Origin: Blochmannia endosymbiont of Camponotus modoc
Lineage (GTDB): Bacteria > Pseudomonadota > Gammaproteobacteria > Enterobacterales > Enterobacteriaceae
Direction: 5' to 3'
Assembly: GCF_023585785.1 (NCBI RefSeq)
Contig: NZ_CP097765.1
Location: forward strand, 180,001 to 212,000
Length of the DNA stretch: 32,000 bases
The notes beneath the pieces were generated by a model. It saw only the letters and a program-made list of their open reading frames with translations, was not told the origin of the DNA and did not search any database. The first letter of the stretch is position 1. Each line of letters opens with the position of its first letter. Of this stretch, positions 30,916 through 32,000 are shown in pieces. A program made the position numbers and the translations under genes.

Positions 30916-31857
30916 TTAGTGTGTGTTCTTACGAATTTGCATGATACATGTAACTCCAGAAATTAGTAAGAACATTCCAATTAAAATTAAGGGAGATGGC
31001 CATAATTGTTGATGTATGCATGAATATATTAAACCTGCTACAGTTTCCACCACAATTAATGGTCCTATTAATGTTGTTGGCAATCTTTGGCTAGCTTCGT
31101 TCCAAAAGAATGTGCCTAACCAAGAACAACAGAATCCAATTAATACCATCAAAAAAATAAAAAAAATTGGTCTAGGCCCGAAGGGTAATGCAAATTCATC
31201 TTGAATCAGATCTGAACAGCAGATACATACAAAAAAATAAACGAGACACGATAGTGGTAATGTAACCATTCCTTGTGCATTAGCCCAAGTCATAGGCTTA
31301 TTGTGTGGATGTGTTTTTAACCAATGTGCATTCCTTAATGCGTACCATGTCCAACATAAAACGGAAACAATTGCTAAAATTATTCCGCTTGCGTATTGCC
31401 ATATATTAAGTATAAAGAATTCAGATCGCAATTCAGAAATGTTTACACATAATAAGCCCGTTCCCATTAGACACAATGATATCAGCAAAGTATGATTTGG
31501 TAATTTTTGTTCATTAGGAGAAATGATATGTGTTGTTACAGTTAACATTAGAGGTAATGTGCCGATAATAGCGGTTGAAATTGGAACACCGATGCGTTGA
31601 ATAGCACTTGTTAAACAAGTATAATATACTAGATGACCTGTTAAAACTAATTTTATTGCTTCTAACCAATCTTTTAATAATAATTTGCGTAAACGTGCTC
31701 TATCATACCATGATAGTGGCAATGAAATTAATCCAAACGCAATATAACGACCCGATGCTTGTAATATACTGGGGTATTCTGGTATTAATAAAGGACCTAT
31801 AAAAATCAATCCCCATAATAATCCTGAGATTACAGCAAAAACAATTCCTAATATCAT
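30916..31857 (-). CDS. EamA/DMT-superfamily permease (drug/metabolite transporter-like)
   Basis: 313 aa, about ten hydrophobic segments; N-terminal GLLWGLIFIGP..ASGRYIAFGLISLP pattern and the second-half repeat WLGTFFWNEASQRLPTTLIGPLIVVETVAGLIYS typical of EamA repeats. Confidence 0.8.
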   Translation of the reverse strand: MILGIVFAVISGLLWGLIFIGPLLIPEYPSILQASGRYIAFGLISLPLSWYDRARLRKLLLKDWLEAIKLVLTGHLVYYTCLTSAIQRIGVPISTAIIGTLPLMLTVTTHIISPNEQKLPNHTLLISLCLMGTGLLCVNISELRSEFFILNIWQYASGIILAIVSVLCWTWYALRNAHWLKTHPHNKPMTWANAQGMVTLPLSCLVYFFVCICCSDLIQDEFALPFGPRPIFFIFLMVLIGFCCSWLGTFFWNEASQRLPTTLIGPLIVVETVAGLIYSCIHQQLWPSPLILIGMFLLISGVTCIMQIRKNTH

Positions 31858-32000
31858 GATATTTTTATTATACTAATGAAATATGCTCGATACTATTATT
31901 TATTAGAAATCTATTTTTATTAAATCAAAAGTATATATTATCAAGTATACACATTTTCATTAAACCATTTTATATGAATTATTTAATTAAGACTGATTTA

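Noticed and set aside
31016-31802. Three short plus-strand ORFs (62, 64 and 64 aa)
   Set aside because: All antisense within the EamA-type permease gene.

Overview
The window is a compact, visibly AT-rich, gene-sparse chromosome segment from a reduced gammaproteobacterial insect endosymbiont. Gene content and order look most like 'Candidatus Blochmannia'; that assignment is inference. It matches the E. coli 14-17 min region with the orientation reversed and many genes missing: sucA(partial)-sdhB-sdhA-sdhD-sdhC ... pgm | ybfF-fldA | glnS | nagB-nagA-tRNA-Met(CAT)-tRNA-Leu(TAG)-tRNA-Gln(TTG) | ubiF | ybeZ-ybeY-ybeX(corC)-lnt-leuS-lptE-holA-rsfS-mrdA-mrdB, then an EamA/DMT-type permease on the minus strand. 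I see no mobile element, CRISPR, defence or secretion system, and no evidence for a new multigene system. The most interesting points are: (1) ubiF is split by a +1 frameshift exactly at an A10 tract, a candidate for RNA-polymerase slippage rescue; (2) LeuRS keeps its synthetic motifs but has substitutions at key positions of the CP1 editing pocket, suggesting loss of proofreading; (3) there are two strong hairpin/T-tract terminators in otherwise eroded intergenic DNA; (4) none of the three tRNA genes encodes CCA; (5) nadD, rlmH, miaB, nagE, fur, seqA and gltA are missing from their expected positions, some leaving long non-coding remnants. Homology statements come from remembered E. coli protein sequences, not from a search.
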